DNA of 64,000 nucleotides from Botryllus schlosseri (taxonomy: Eukaryota): assembly GCA_051294905.1 (NCBI GenBank), contig CM119373.1:2358001-2422000 (forward strand). The letters are read 5' to 3'. The notes beneath the pieces were generated by a model, which did no database searches, was not told where the DNA came from, and saw only the letters and a program-made list of their open reading frames with translations. The first letter of the stretch is position 1; each line of letters begins with the position of its first letter. The translations under genes were made by a program, and so were the position numbers. Positions 36,401 through 49,700 of the stretch are shown piece after piece.

Positions 36401-36590
36401 CTATTTGATGTTCAGAGCCTTGCCACCGTCAATCAGAAAATTGACTCCGGTTGTCCAGGCGGAGTCATCAGATGCTAAAAAGATAATGGCTTTTGCAATG
36501 TCTTCTGTTTTACCCAGTCTTCCGAGCAGGTGGGATTCGGTTATGCTTTCTCGGAAGTCTTCCAATTTCTCTCCCACGAGTTCGGTATCC
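36401..36590 (-). CDS. SDR-2 exon 2 (spliced product 254 aa; 5.2-kb TE-filled intron)
   Basis: Acceptor TTCTATTTAG|G. Encodes DTELVGEKLEDFRESITESHLLGRLGKTEDIAKAIIFLASDDSAWTTGVNFLIDGGKALNIK*; 190 bp. Confidence 0.85.
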
Positions 36591-36663
36591 CTAAATAGAA
36601 AACGAAATAGATTGCGAATGATGTCATCAATGAATGCGGCATTATACTTTAATATATCTATAA

Positions 36664-37606
36664 TAGGGTTGCCATACGTCCGGAATTTCCTGGACATGTC
36701 CGGAATTTTACTGTAAAAACTTCGTCCGGGCGGAAATTCTAAAATATGCCTAAATATCCGGAATTTTGAAGGATTGAAGTAGGCTCAAAGGTATTTCGTA
36801 AATCAACATAAACAATAATATTTTTAGGCAGATTTACGTTTTTCAAATATTTGTTCGCGCTGCGCGCGATTTAGTGCAACTTGTATTTATACTAATATGG
36901 TGACCACGCACTGAGGGTCGTTTGCCTTTATTCTGGGGATCGCGGAGATGTTGGACGTTATTAGCTTCCAAAATAGGCCATGCGTAAACCCGGGCTAGCT
37001 GATATTTTTTAGTAATCAGCCTATTAAGGTTTGAGCTGGACCACGGAACGTTTTAACATTAGAAATAAGGTCACGACCATAAAAGGTTGGAAACCATCGG
37101 ATTGTGCAACCTGTTCGTGTATTTTATAGGAATATATGGAAGAACCAATGTTATTGACAGAATTATTTCACAAAATTTACATACCAAGCAGAAGCCCCAT
37201 GAAGTTGCATCGATTACCATATGGGGGGCCCAAGATCAGAGCTTTTTTGGGTGGATGGGAGCTGAAACATGTTTTGTCGGACCTGGTTTCAACACACAAC
37301 CAGATAACCGCACCGACCTAACAGTATAGCAGGGCTGCCATACACACGACCAGCGGACCGTAAAAGGTCCACCATCCGGCCCGTGAAGAAGTCTGCTGCA
37401 GACCCAAGCCATCACTAGAGCTCACATTAGAGATGGCCTAATTCAGAACCTTTGTTCCACTCCCCCCACCCCCGTATACAGTCGATAGGCGAAGCTTTGC
37501 TCGTGTGACGTCATATTCACTTACATGTGTTCATACCTAATTGTAAGCCCGCTAGTGGGCGCTAAAGCCTGTCCGGAATTTATGACACAAAAATATGGTA
37601 ACCCTA
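36664..37606. mobile_element. Blackjack-type hAT MITE (TAGGGTTGCCATA) in the SDR-2 intron
   Basis: TSD ATCTATAA/ATCTATGA; TCCGGA repeats; related end at ~3580-3816. Confidence 0.8.
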
Positions 37607-37739
37607 ATCTATGATGACTTTTTGTCGGCATGCAATGTTCGTGTTAGGCAAAGTGAGGCGGCAGTCATGGTTTGCACTGTTTTGTTTACACCTGTGCAAA
37701 CCACAAAATTCATGGTTGGTCAAAGTATAGATGTACTTA

Positions 37740-39289
37740 ATGTTGGGATGACTCGAGTCAACTTTTTCGTCAGTTGACGTTGTCGTAGTAGTAGTAGATT
37801 AATCTAGCAGCAACGCATATCTCTTTCTTGGACGACTCAGTGCTCCGTGCTCATCAACCCTCTTTTATGATTCAAATCCAACGACTATAGCATGCGCGTT
37901 TATAGTCTCACGGATGTGTAGCTGCGTTGTGTATTAAAGGCTACTATATCAATTTGTATCAACTTCTCGAAGCTTCGTATTTTATTATGACTGATAAATA
38001 ACAGACCATAGCATTTAGCTATACAGCTACTCAAGTATTTTATTAGCAGTTGTACGTGTCCAGTGTTGGGATCAAGTCACTACCTTCGAGTCACGAGTCA
38101 TCTCGAATCATTGCACATTTTGACTCGAGTCAAGTCAAGTCAATCGATTTTCAAAAGTGACTCGAGTCAAGTCAAGTCACTCGTTTTTTGAAGGTGACTC
38201 GAGTCAAGTCGAGTCAAGTCAAGTCAAGTCACAAGTCAACTCACGATTCAAGTCAAATTCAATTTTCGAAGTATAAGTGATGATGCAAAGTCATTACATT
38301 TTGCGAGCTGGGCTAAGGACAGATTAATTGGCCATTTATCTTGAATCTAATAACGAATATACAGTTGAATATACATGCAAAAAGGTGTTGTATCGCTCAT
38401 GCACACGAAGAACTGCTAATAAAATACATGAGTAACTGTATAACTACATGCTACGGTCTGTTATTATCAGCCAATATAGAGGATCGAATACGAAGCCTCG
38501 AGAAGCTGAACAAATTGATGTGGTACAATATACTACCCATCTACACATCCGTGAGAATATAAACGCATATACTATATATTCGTTCGATTTAAACCATACA
38601 AGAGTGTTGGTAAAGGTGAGCACTGCGCAAGGTAAGCAACTAAGCATTGAGCACTCTAAGAAACAAAGATGCGTTTCTATGAGATTAATCTATCGGTACT
38701 ACGACAACGTAAGCTGTGATCGTTTCGTTTGCAGTCAAATTATTTGTGATATAACGATGGAGTCAGTGAAACGTACAATCAGTGAATGACTGGTTGCTCT
38801 CAGAAGCGACACCGGCGTACCGCGAACAACCCGAACATACATAAGATAGCGTGATTTATTCGACACCGTTTACTTGATGACTTGAAATTGACTCGTAAAT
38901 TTTGCTCCGAGTCACGAGTCAATCCACATTTCTGAAGCGCCGAGTCAAGTCAAGTCAAGTCATTTTTGCAAAGTGACTCGAGTCAAGTCAAGTCATACGA
39001 AAAAGTTGACTCGAGTCTGACTCGAGCAAAGTCATGACTCGAGTCATCCCAACACTGACGTGTACATTATATTCGTTATTTCATTCACGATAAATGACCA
39101 GTTAATCTGTCTCTCACACAGCTAGCAAAATGTAATGACTCTGAACCATCCCCCATACTTGGAAAATTCAATTTGAATTGAATTGTGACTTAACTCCTGA
39201 CTTGACTTGACTTGACTTGACCCGAGTCAAAATGTCCACTGGCTCGAGATGATTAGTGACTCGAAGGTAGTGACTTGATTCCAACCCTG
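37740..39289. mobile_element. Older CAGTGTTGGGA-family element interrupted by an opposite-orientation copy of the same family (38061-39057)
   Basis: Outer ends TGTTGGGATGACTCGAGTC and GACTTGATTCCAACCCTG. The inner copy has both TIRs and is flanked by ACGTGT(A)C. Confidence 0.8.
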
Positions 39290-40019
39290 GGTACTACCAC
39301 AAATGTCTGCTCAATTGCAAGTAAAAGTTTTCCGATTTTGTAGACATTCCTGTAATAGATGCAGACAGGAAATGACACGTGTATGTAATGTAGTTTGAAG
39401 CATAAGATCGGAACGAGTCGTCCCGGACTCTTGTTTGTCAACTCCGATAACAGTTTCCAAATATGTGTGTACTCTTCGGAATTCCATTCTGTTACTGTGA
39501 TACCGTGTTGAAATCTTGTCACTAACTTCTAGTCAAGAGTCATTTCGACTCGAGTCAATTCAAGTATTTCAAGAGATTCCAAGCGATATCACCTAATATT
39601 TTCGATCTGTGTTGTTGAAATGATGCATAAAGATTATAGGCACTTGGGCAATGCCAAACTCACATGTGTGGAAGACAAACAATGTTTGAGCATGTACGTG
39701 AAATTTGATATACGTCGACACGGTCATGTAAGGACTAGCTTCAGCTCTTATTAAAATAAAACTTTCCAACCAGCAACGACTCTACTGAATGTTGAAACTT
39801 TTAGTGTTTGAGGTTGTATGCCGTGTATATGATCCATATTTTTGAAGACTTTCTTGTGTGACTAAATTTGTAAATTGGTGCGACTTTTAACGTCGAGAAG
39901 CTATTGACACGTGTGAGCACATTTAGTCGGTATAAAACAAAACATTTCTAATCGCTCCGAATTTTCATTCGACCGTAGAACGACGACTCCTGGTCACTGC
40001 TGGATATGAACCTAGAACG

Positions 40020-40600
40020 CAGGACCGTAACTTTCGCACCCTAAACCACCAATAATGGGGGGAGCTCGAAGGGGACTCTAAATTATTTCGGGTTTTAACG
40101 TTAATCATAGAGTATTTTTTGTTAATTTATGCAACTTTTTATCTTTTCAGATATCTTGATTATTGGGTACCCTTCCCCCAACACAAAACACGCATGATTT
40201 AGAGAAATGGGCACTTTGGCGTCGTCCAGTACCGCGCTACGACGCACCAAGACATCTTTGAAGTTATGGACCATGTAACATGCGACTCCGAGAAGTGTGC
40301 CAGAACGACCAGCAGCGCGAAGGTTTTGGCCGAAAAGTGCCGCCCTTGTTCTGACCGAAAAGTTCAATATATACACAATACATATATATTTAATTGTCCA
40401 GCCGAATGTTCCTATCCTGGCGATCTGAACCCCACAAGACAAATGCCATCTCGAGAAAATATTATTTGGCAGTAAATAAATACCAATATGAAATCGTGTA
40501 CGTCTTTTAGTTTAGTACGTTTGGGCGATTTCAATATCTTTTGACGTAGCAGATAGGAGGTCACGAAATAGAAGTATACATGCCATACGAGTGCCGTTTA
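40020..40600 (+). mobile_element. Partial CAGGGCCGTA-family element
   Basis: Colinear with 14781-15430. Confidence 0.75.
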
Positions 40601-41828
40601 TCAAGGTCTAATCTGATGCGGGGTTCAATTGATACGGGATGGATAGTACCGCATATTGCCAGCACTACAGGTACCATATTGCAAGGATTCCTGTTTTGAC
40701 TATGTTATGTAGTCGGAGATTTGTCTGAGATCCTCCTCGCACACACAAGACAAACATTAGAGAACGCTTTATTGTTTCCCTGCTCCACTATTATCCGGAA
40801 ACATGGCAGTGTTTGTGGTATAGTGGGATTGTGGAGAGCGTGGCGCTGCCTAATTTAGAATGAAATGAGCATTTCTGGAATGAAAGCGAATAAAGATGTT
40901 AACAGAACATTCCTATTTTTATTGATACGAAGAACTTTTCGCGTGCCTCTTATCAAGAGCTACCGGCACGATAGAGGATACAGAACTGAGTTGGATTTAA
41001 AACCAAATGTCCAATTGTGACGCATTAATGAAAATTTATAAATAACATGAATGGAAATTCAACCATAGCAACAATGCAACGTATATAGCAACAAGCAAAT
41101 CGAGTCATCAAGTCGAGTCACCAAAAAATCGCCACTCGAGTTTGACTCGAGTCATTACCACATTTACACATCTAAGGGTACACACTTATTGCCCATAAAT
41201 CTACATTTTGACTTCTAAATAGCTCATTATCGCGATATTATACCCCAGGTAATTACGACATACATCCTCCCTGTATGTAGGCATGTTTGTGTTGTTGAAT
41301 GATTAGTTAGTCCAACTATTTTGCTTGATTTAGCCACGTTATAACCGACCCCCAACGCTATAAAGTTTGTAATTGAATTCAAAAAAGCCAACTCAATGAT
41401 GGCATTGAATGAAAAATGTACGTGCCGTTACGTAGCCAGATAAAAGCCCTACACTTCACATCAAAAAGATTGTTGGTTTGTTCGCGTTAAAGGTGAATGA
41501 AGAAAATTGTGTAATTCGATCGAAATTCATTTTATGTCCCTTAAAACAGGAAACATCTGTTACAGACCCCATGACTCGCGTAGGTCGAATTTATTTGCAT
41601 GCGAGGAAAGATTCTGCCAAAATGCAATTGTAAACAAATTCACTGAGTGTAATCGTGGAATTATCATGTATAATTTTCCAAGTATTTTCGGTCCCAGTGT
41701 CTCATCGGTACTACATTTCCCCGATCACACGTATGGGCAAAATCCCTCGACGTATCTACTTCAAAATATGAAAAGTAGTTTTTTACTGCCCACCTCTGCA
41801 TAATAGTAATAAACAATACAACGAATAC

Positions 41829-42403
41829 CTGAAAATATTGGTGTTATTCACGTAGGCGGGGTTGACCGAATTAACACGGACTCCTTTTGGCGCATACTCC
41901 CGAGCCACGAGTTTGGTGAATTGGTCCATGGCGGACTTGCACATGCTGTACAATAGCATACCAGGGACTGGATAACGCCCGGTCATGCTGGATACGTTTA
42001 CAACATTCCCTTTTGACGCCACCAAATGCGATATTGCTTTCTGGGTCAAAATGTACATAGCCCTCACATTGACAGTGAATAGGAGATCGAGATCCTCAAC
42101 GGACGAGGTCAGTAGATCGCCAGTCCTGCAACCTCCAGCGTTGTTGATGAGTATATCCAGACCTTTATACTTTTCCACAACCTTACCGACCACATCTTCG
42201 ACTTGCTGTTGGTTTCTGAAATCCGCGCGTATTTTTAGGACATCCCTGACTCCGTTATCACGACATTCCGCTTCCGTTGAGTTCAATTCGTCTTTATCTA
42301 CAATGGCTAAAGACGCGCCAAGCTTTGCGAAATGTTTTGCAGTCTCGCGACCGATTCCGCTTGCCGCGCCAGTTACTAACACAACCTTGCCCGAAAAGCT
42401 CAT
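41829..42403 (-). CDS. Classical SDR oxidoreductase SDR-2, exon 1
   Basis: TGAASGIG, NNAG and YSMCK. Donor TTCAG|GTATTC; 575 bp, phase 2. Confidence 0.9.
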
Positions 42404-42998
42404 GGTGCCTCCTCACCTATTCCGTCGCATTGAATATGCACTTGTGTTGCAGTGGTCTATCTACAATGCGCTATTAACGCATTCGTAAATGTTTGATCAA
42501 CTAGTGCACTGGCCCCCACAGCATGTAGATAATATAACTGCTAGTACGAAGTGTCACGATCGATGTCGTGTTTTGTTTGTTCAGTCTTTATCTGCATTCC
42601 GCCGTCGCAACGGGCTTGCGTAGTTGGTAGGTTAATGTTTGTTTTCGGTGGCATTGAAAAACTGATATGAGTCATTGCAGATAACTATGCTCGCATTGCA
42701 TGGTCATCTTATAACAAGGTCACTGTTTCCTAGTACCGAAATTATATGCTCTTAATTAATATATGAACGAAAATACGTGTCGCTATACTTTTTAGTCGCA
42801 GCCAATGCCTTGAAATCTCGATACGAAGTATGAAACTATTCGATACATGCCGCAAAGGACTACCCTTGCTCATTAGGGTACTTCAAACATGACTTTTTTC
42901 TCAAATGGTACTGTCTACTTGATAGAATTTTTAGGTTACAAAAAAAAATGCACACCAATTATGGTGCCATTTCGACCTATAGAGGCATTGCTATAAGA

Positions 42999-44599
42999 CA
43001 GGGGTTCTCAACTTCCCTTGTGCCACGGGCCGCATTTTAACAACATAAGACGCCGCGGGCCGCAGAACATTATCACAGTGTATTTGTGGGCTACTATTAA
43101 ATTTAGGCTACTGTAGCCTATTTACCAGTCGTATGCAGGCCAGTATATGCACCTTTAAACCTTTTCAACAAAGAACCGAACTCTCTGTTTCAAAGCGGAA
43201 GAGAGCAAGTATAAAATTACGGTAACTTTTTCGTTACAGAAGCGATTATGACATTGAGCTTTCAGTGATATGAGAAGAAGTCTGGCGTTCGGGGTGATTT
43301 CTGAGCAAACCGATCAACTCTTCTCCTTTCATTCCATGGCGGGGGCCCTGCATCATTAGTTACATAAGTTAGTTTTGTCAAGTTGATGTTTTTCGCTGGT
43401 CCCCCTCCCACGTTGGCCCAGCCTGCATTTTCTCTGTAAATATGTCCATTCTGACAAACTGCACCCAGATAATTAGCTATGCAAAGTCTGTAGAGTTGGT
43501 GAATTCACCAATGCTAGGAATCGCCAAGTTTATGTATCAGTTCCACTGCGGTCGTTGCCCCGAATATTTCAATGACTTCTTTACCTCGGAATCAAAAGCG
43601 CACAGGTATGTTGTATACAACATACGCGCGTCCACGTCGTCCAAATATCATATGATCGACCGAAAAGATCAGCGCTCTATAAAATATGCCGGACCTGATG
43701 TGTGGAACAGTATCCCGCCGGCCATCCGACAGTCGACGAGCATGTCCACATTCAAGTCGAAATACAAGCAATTACTATTAAATAAATACAGTCCATCCTC
43801 AAGATTACCGGACCACGACTGACCAATGGATGTCGCTTCCCATGACATGCCGCGCTATTCTTGTCGCTTTCTTTTTCTATACTGTCTTATTTACTTACAT
43901 TCAGTGTGCATGCCTCCTCTTTACATCGCCTAGGCCAAGGTGGGTGTCTGATTCCATAGACAATCCAAGTCGCTTCGACATCTTCCTGTCTATTCATTGT
44001 ATCGCATTTTTTTGTGGTGTATTGAACTGATAAAATTGCTAATAAACCAATGATGATGATGAAGTAGTCTACTTGACAACGTGTTTCAGAACATGCGATA
44101 AAAGATCGACCGACATTGCGGTTACTCTTTTGGTCACGGTTGAATCAGACAACTGTAGCTTCGAAATATGTCAGGTGATGTTGTCGTTGCTGCTAAGTTC
44201 CGGAAACATCAAACACTCCCAGAGTTTTATTGAAATCACACCTTCTCTAGCAAATTTTGTGGGTTTAGCGATATTCCCAGCAATTTTGAACGATGTGTCT
44301 GCAACGTCGTCGGCAATTTTACAATGCCTCGAAATATGGATTACTGGGTTTTACGCATATCTAGCAACGTTATTTGTAAGATCAGGCGATATGAATAACT
44401 CCAGACGAAACTGTCGTATTTTAAACTTCTACGCTTCGTTACGACTTACGAAAACTGTTCTTCGACAAGTATGACACAACGGTCTTCGATACCGTGTCAG
44501 TAATGTCAGTAATATAATGTCAGTAATAATTGCGTTCATAATGAAAGATCTCGCGGGCCGCAAAATAAACGTCTGCGGGCCGCGGGTTGAGAACCCCTG
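42999..44599 (-). mobile_element. Charlie/Buster-type hAT derivative, TIR CAGGGGTTCTCAAC, with decayed transposase and a LINE insertion
   Basis: TSD CTATAAGA/CTATAAAA; minus-strand remnant HISKLQLSDSTVTKRVTAMS. It is itself inserted in a TAGGG-family MITE (~42874-44870). Confidence 0.85.
43500..44062 (+). mobile_element. 3' end of an L2/Crack/Daphne-like LINE
   Basis: ORF2 C-terminus IAKFMYQF...PEYFNDFF...SIKYAGPDVWNSIPPAIRQSTSMSTFKSKYK, then a 3' UTR with AATAAA and a (TGA)n tail. Confidence 0.8.
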
Positions 44600-44999
44600 C
44601 TATAAAAGATAAAAGTTTTGGATTTATTTATAAAAATAAATATATGTATTTTTCAAATTGTACTGGCTAACCCATGAAATTGCTAGGTTGTCCGAAAAAA
44701 AAACCCAGTTTGAATTGAGTCAAATTTTTTCTGCGTCGTTTTTTATTCAGACAAGCTAACAATTTAATATAGCAATGCCACTATAGGTTGGAATTGAGTC
44801 AAAATTGGTGTGCAGCGTTTATTAGATAGCCTAACAAATTTATCGAGTAGTCAGTACAATTTGAATTTAATTGTTCATAACAGCTGGCACATTTGTAGTA
44901 TTGTCAAAAATCCTCGTCATATATTTGAATTAGTTTACATAAATAGGATGCAGCCTATGTAACTTCGATTACCGTGCGTCACGCTCGATGAGATCTCAT

Positions 45000-46010
45000 T
45001 GACGGACTGAGTCGGCTTGCAGCGAGACCGACAAGTGATAAGAGCCTAGTGCTCGTATTTCGTATCTTGTCGCATCCTGTATCAAACGCGATCAATAACG
45101 AACACAGGAAGCAGAGAACCACTGCGGTGTTGTAACATCAGCACCGGTAAGGTGGCGTATTGGTGGAGCGACAGGATTATTGGTCGGTAGGTCGTGGTAT
45201 CAAATACTGGGACAAAGACGTGATCAATAGAACTGGTATCTGTGGGTTGCACGCTTGGCCCTCAGCGTTTCCATGATAGCATGAAGGTGTGCTGTATTAA
45301 AACAGCCTTCATCAGCATCTTCCTTGTTCAGCGGCATTCGCACATCATGCTCCCAGATCTTCATATGCGCAGATTATGAGTGGGTTTATGTCTTTATTAT
45401 ATATGCCGCAAAAACATGGAGGACAAAAACATACAAAGTTCTATTCTTCTTCAGCAACCCAGTCATGAAGTATATCCCACGGCTAATACATAGGCGTGAT
45501 TTTAATGGTTCTTATAGTTGGTCGCAGAGCTATTTGGAAAGTTCGAACGCCGAAATCAGCACCGCGTATATTTATATTATATCACCGCCAACAATATATG
45601 TACAGTTTTGAAATGATGATTCTATTTCTGTCCTGAGACGTGCGTACCATGCGCCGATAAACAGAAGATGAGCCACGAGAACGGTGTCGTGAGAAACTGA
45701 TACCCATATAGGCTGAGCTAGGCCTACATTCGTGGCAATATTTTGAGTCAGCTGCATGTGCTCTTGTGCAGCATGGCATTGATTGTCCTATTGTAAATGA
45801 TGACAATGTTCAAAGACTATAATAGGCCTGCTAGCGCTCGCTACCGATTGAGCGCCTTCTGTCACTTGAATTTGGCACAAATATTCTTTATTTCTACTCT
45901 TTTACTCTACTGTTGTAGTAGTGCTTATTGCTAGGTAGTTGTAAATGTTGTAAGTTGTTGTTGAAAAATAAAATGACCTTCCTGGGTCATAGCCACAATA
46001 TAGTTTTGGT
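45000..46010 (-). pseudogene. Possible very old, distant MFS relic
   Basis: Short peptides in several frames occur in MFS order: IQVTEGAQSVAS, TINAMLHK, LFIGAWYARLRTEIE, NRTLYVFVLHVF, LHQYATLPVL, VVLCFLCSLLIAF. Similarity is weak and judged by eye. Confidence 0.35.
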
Positions 46011-46142
46011 TTCACTTGTAATCGATGGCAGGGGAAACAATATTCGTCCGAACATTGATGGATTATTGAATGCCGCAAAAGAGGTCGCAAATATAGCTAG
46101 CTAAACGAGAAGCTGAGTATAGATACGGCGTCATATTGCGGC

Positions 46143-46320
46143 TTTTAGTGTGAGTGCCCTGCCGTCATCCATCAATACAATAGTGTTTTTGGTCCAGGAA
46201 AAGCCATTAGATGCTAAACACGAATAGCCGTATAGCGACCACTTCAGAGCTCCCTTGCAGCTGCCCGATAGACTGAATGTGACGGCAGCGCGCGTGATGT
46301 TGCTCCTGTTCTGCATTCAA
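46143..46320 (-). pseudogene. Older decayed SDR exon 2 relic
   Basis: CLASNGFSWTKNTIVLMDDGRALTLK aligns with FLASDDSSWTTGINFLVDGGRALTMK; the upstream part is frameshifted. Confidence 0.65.
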
Positions 46321-46949
46321 GAGCTAATTATGAATAAAATGTAGACCAAAGTTTCGAGAAATTACGGAATAGTGTCATTTTACAATTCACAAATGGAAAA
46401 GCGTGATATTTCATGTTGATGATATTTCTAGAATGCAATATGATTCTTGACGACAAAGGTTCTTTTCGCCAGTTTTCTATCACAGTTCCTTTCATTCTAC
46501 AGCCAAGATGCAGCTAGTGATTGGAACATGAAATTCAAGAGATTCAGATCGAAGATTTACTATAAAATGCGGAACTGTTGTGGAAATGTTCTACAAATTT
46601 TCATTTGTGAAAGCGAACATCACCAGGTTCATATTGTGATAAGGTACTTTCACCGAAGGCTCGTACTGTAGTTCTGACTTTGGCCGGGGAGTATAATATT
46701 ATTACATCACATGGTTACTGGAAACTTGGAAACTGGTGAAAGATGTGCAATATAGTTGAATTAAAGAACTCTGGTACCACGCAGGAGGTATTGCTGATCA
46801 AGATGACACAACCGTTGCATCTATGACAGCCGACGTGATAATTCCCAATCCAAGTTTCTCCAGATAAAACAACTTCTTTCGAATGAATATTGATCACCGG
46901 AACAGTTTATTAGAAAATCAATACATGTATTTTCGAGTTTATAATACAT

Positions 46950-47139
46950 CTATTTCATGGTCAGAGCTCTTCCACCGTCAACCAAAAAATTGATTCCTGT
47001 TGTCCAGGATGAGTCATCAGATGCCAAAAAGTGAATGGCCTTTGCAATGTCGTCCGTTGTACCAACTCTTCCGAGCGGATGGGCCTCCATGGCTCTCTGT
47101 CCTAGCTTTTGTAATTCCTCACCCACGAGTCCGGCAGCC
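46950..47139 (-). CDS. SDR-3 exon 2 (spliced product 254 aa)
   Basis: Acceptor CTATATTTAAG|G. Encodes AAGLVGEELQKLGQRAMEAHPLGRVGTTDDIAKAIHFLASDDSSWTTGINFLVDGGRALTMK*; 190 bp. Confidence 0.88.
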
Positions 47140-47779
47140 CTTAAATATAGAAAGCGGAGTACGCTGTGAACGCTGTCTTCTCGAAATGTGGTCTTGAACA
47201 TTATTATACCTAAAATTGTAACGCTCGCATGTAATGGTCGGGTTAGACCGAATGATTTATTTCGGTTTACAAGTAATACGGAAACCGCGTAGCCATTGCA
47301 GATATACAAGGGCATAATATTTCGAATCAATTCATAACAGTATGAATCCATTCAAATACGTATATTTTAGTTACCGAAATTAATATTATACTGGTTAAAT
47401 TACTTGGCATTTATAATGGTACTTTTCGTACCTTATCTATTTCTTATCGCTTCATGTAATCACAATATTTCACAGAAATCTAGCTTTCGCCAAATTACGC
47501 CGCTTTATACGACATTTAGATGCTGGGGTGATTTCACGACAGGAACAAATTATGGGGGCCATAAAACATATACAATAAGAAATTATGACAAGGGGTTATA
47601 ATTTATTTCTCTCCCTACACGACTAAGTTCGCTACAATGAATATTTGATTCAGATTCGACTAATCGAATCAATTTGCATAGCCTTAATATAGTACAAAGA
47701 ATATATATTCATTTACTGTGGCACAGTAGCGTTCTCATGCGGTACTCATGACAATTTGAACCACAAAAGGGATGTACAC

Positions 47780-48385
47780 TAGGGTTGTTCAATGTTCATG
47801 AATAACTTTTTTTTCGGATACCAGTGATTCACTGAATTCATTGTCAGATTACCCTAAAACCGCTGTACACCAAATTTGGTTCAATTATAACAAGCATAAG
47901 CCGCCGCTGATCCAATTTTATTTTAAAATGAAATATTTAAAAGAAAATCAAACTTTTCTGTCAACACAATGAAATTGTTGAGTTGTCTTCAAAAACGATG
48001 CGAAACAAATTTGAAACAATGTTAACCCGTAGAAGAGGAATTATGTGAGTTTTTCATTGATAATTCTGAGATTACCCATCGTCAATGCTATTTTTGCAAA
48101 TCCAGAACTTTTAACTGCAATAACTTCACTTCTACCGGTTGGAATTGAGTCAAATTTGCTTTGCATCGTTATCGAAGACAACTCAACAATTTCATGGGAT
48201 GGACAAAAAAATATGAATTTTTTTTTTAATTTTCCATAATAAATTACAAATTTAAATTGGCTCTACGGCGGCTTCTACTTGTTAGAATTGAACCAAATTG
48301 AGTGTGCAGCGTTATTTAGGGTAACCTGACAATTTAATCCGTGAATCAGTAGAATCCGACAAAAAGATATTTTTGAACAGCCCTA
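47780..48385. mobile_element. TAGGG(T/C)TGTTC MITE in the SDR-3 intron
   Basis: Perfect 8-bp TSD ATGTACAC; long imperfect TIRs; partial copy at ~55330-55628. Confidence 0.85.
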
Positions 48386-48605
48386 ATGTACACTTACGCA
48401 AAAACGAATTTTTACTTCTCAAAATCTTAGTTGTAAAATAGAAGCAGTTTTTGTCTCTTAAACTGTTACGGTATAAGTGGAAGTGGCTTAAACGGAGCAC
48501 CCGTTAAATAAATAGTACATGCACGCAAAGTCCGCCGGAGTACTCCAGAACAGTAGTAATTCGATACTGATCCCATCTGGACAATAGTAATAACACAAGG
48601 CATAC

Positions 48606-49180
48606 CTGGCAATATTTGTGTTACCCACGGCGGAGGGGTTGACTGAATTAACACGAACTCCTTTCGGCGCAAACTCCCGAGCAACTAGTTTGGTGAAATG
48701 GTCCACGGCAGCCTTGCACATGTTGTACAGAAGAGAACCAGAGACCGGATGTAGCCCGGCAACGCTGGAAACGTTTACAACGTTCCCTTTAGACGCCACC
48801 AAATACGGTATTGCTTTCTGAGTCAAAATGTACATTGCCCGCACATTGACGGTATATAGCAGGTCGAAATCCCCAGCGGATGAGGTCAGTAGATCCCCTA
48901 GCCTGCAATCTGCGGCGTTGTTGACGAGTATATCCAGACGATTATACTTTGTCACAACCTTATCCACCACACCTTCAACTTGCTGTTGGTTTCTGAAATC
49001 CGCGCGTACTTGCAGAACATCCTTAGCTCCGTTATCTCGACATTCTGCTTCTGCGGAGTTCAATTCATCTTTATCCACGATAGCTAAAGCGACGCCTTGC
49101 TTCGCGAAACGTTTTGCAGTCTCGCGACCGATGCCGCTTGCCGCGCCAGTTACTAACACAACCTTGCCAGTAAAACTCAT
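48606..49180 (-). CDS. Classical SDR oxidoreductase SDR-3, exon 1
   Basis: TGAASGIG, NNAA and YNMCK. Donor GCCAG|GTATG; 575 bp, phase 2. Confidence 0.9.
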
Positions 49181-49700
49181 GTCGCCGCAGCTATTCAGTC
49201 AGCGTATCTGCTCTTGTGTTCAGTCGGACTATATACGAAACGTCGCGTATGATATATGCGCTGTTTACGAGCCTGTGTAGACTTGACGAGCCGATACGGT
49301 GGCCGCAAGCGCTGTCAGGCTATATAATCGATACGACTGCGCGTCCTGAATGATCAATTTCGTTTCAGTAAGTATTCTGCTCGTATTTCGTACCTTATCG
49401 CGTTCTAGATCATACGTGAATAATAGCGGAAACATACACAACGACATACTGATCTCGTTAACGCGTGTCTTGTAATATCAGCGATCCGGTCATATTATAT
49501 GTCATGATATCCATTCGTAAACTGCGAAGCAAAGTAGAATGAATTGAAATAATGGGGCCAAGTCGGTTCTTTTTATGAATATATCACATATGACTCTATG
49601 CATCGACACAGCTGATGTACAATGTACAATGTACACTGTACAGTGTACAGCTTCGTATTATATCAAATTTTGAGGTATAGCTATGCAACATACCATAATG

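Noticed and set aside
30121..49180. Bacterial operon or contamination (fabG + MFS)
   Set aside because: GT-AG introns, animal transposons and long intergenic spacing show a eukaryotic locus; ancient horizontal transfer cannot be judged without phylogeny.
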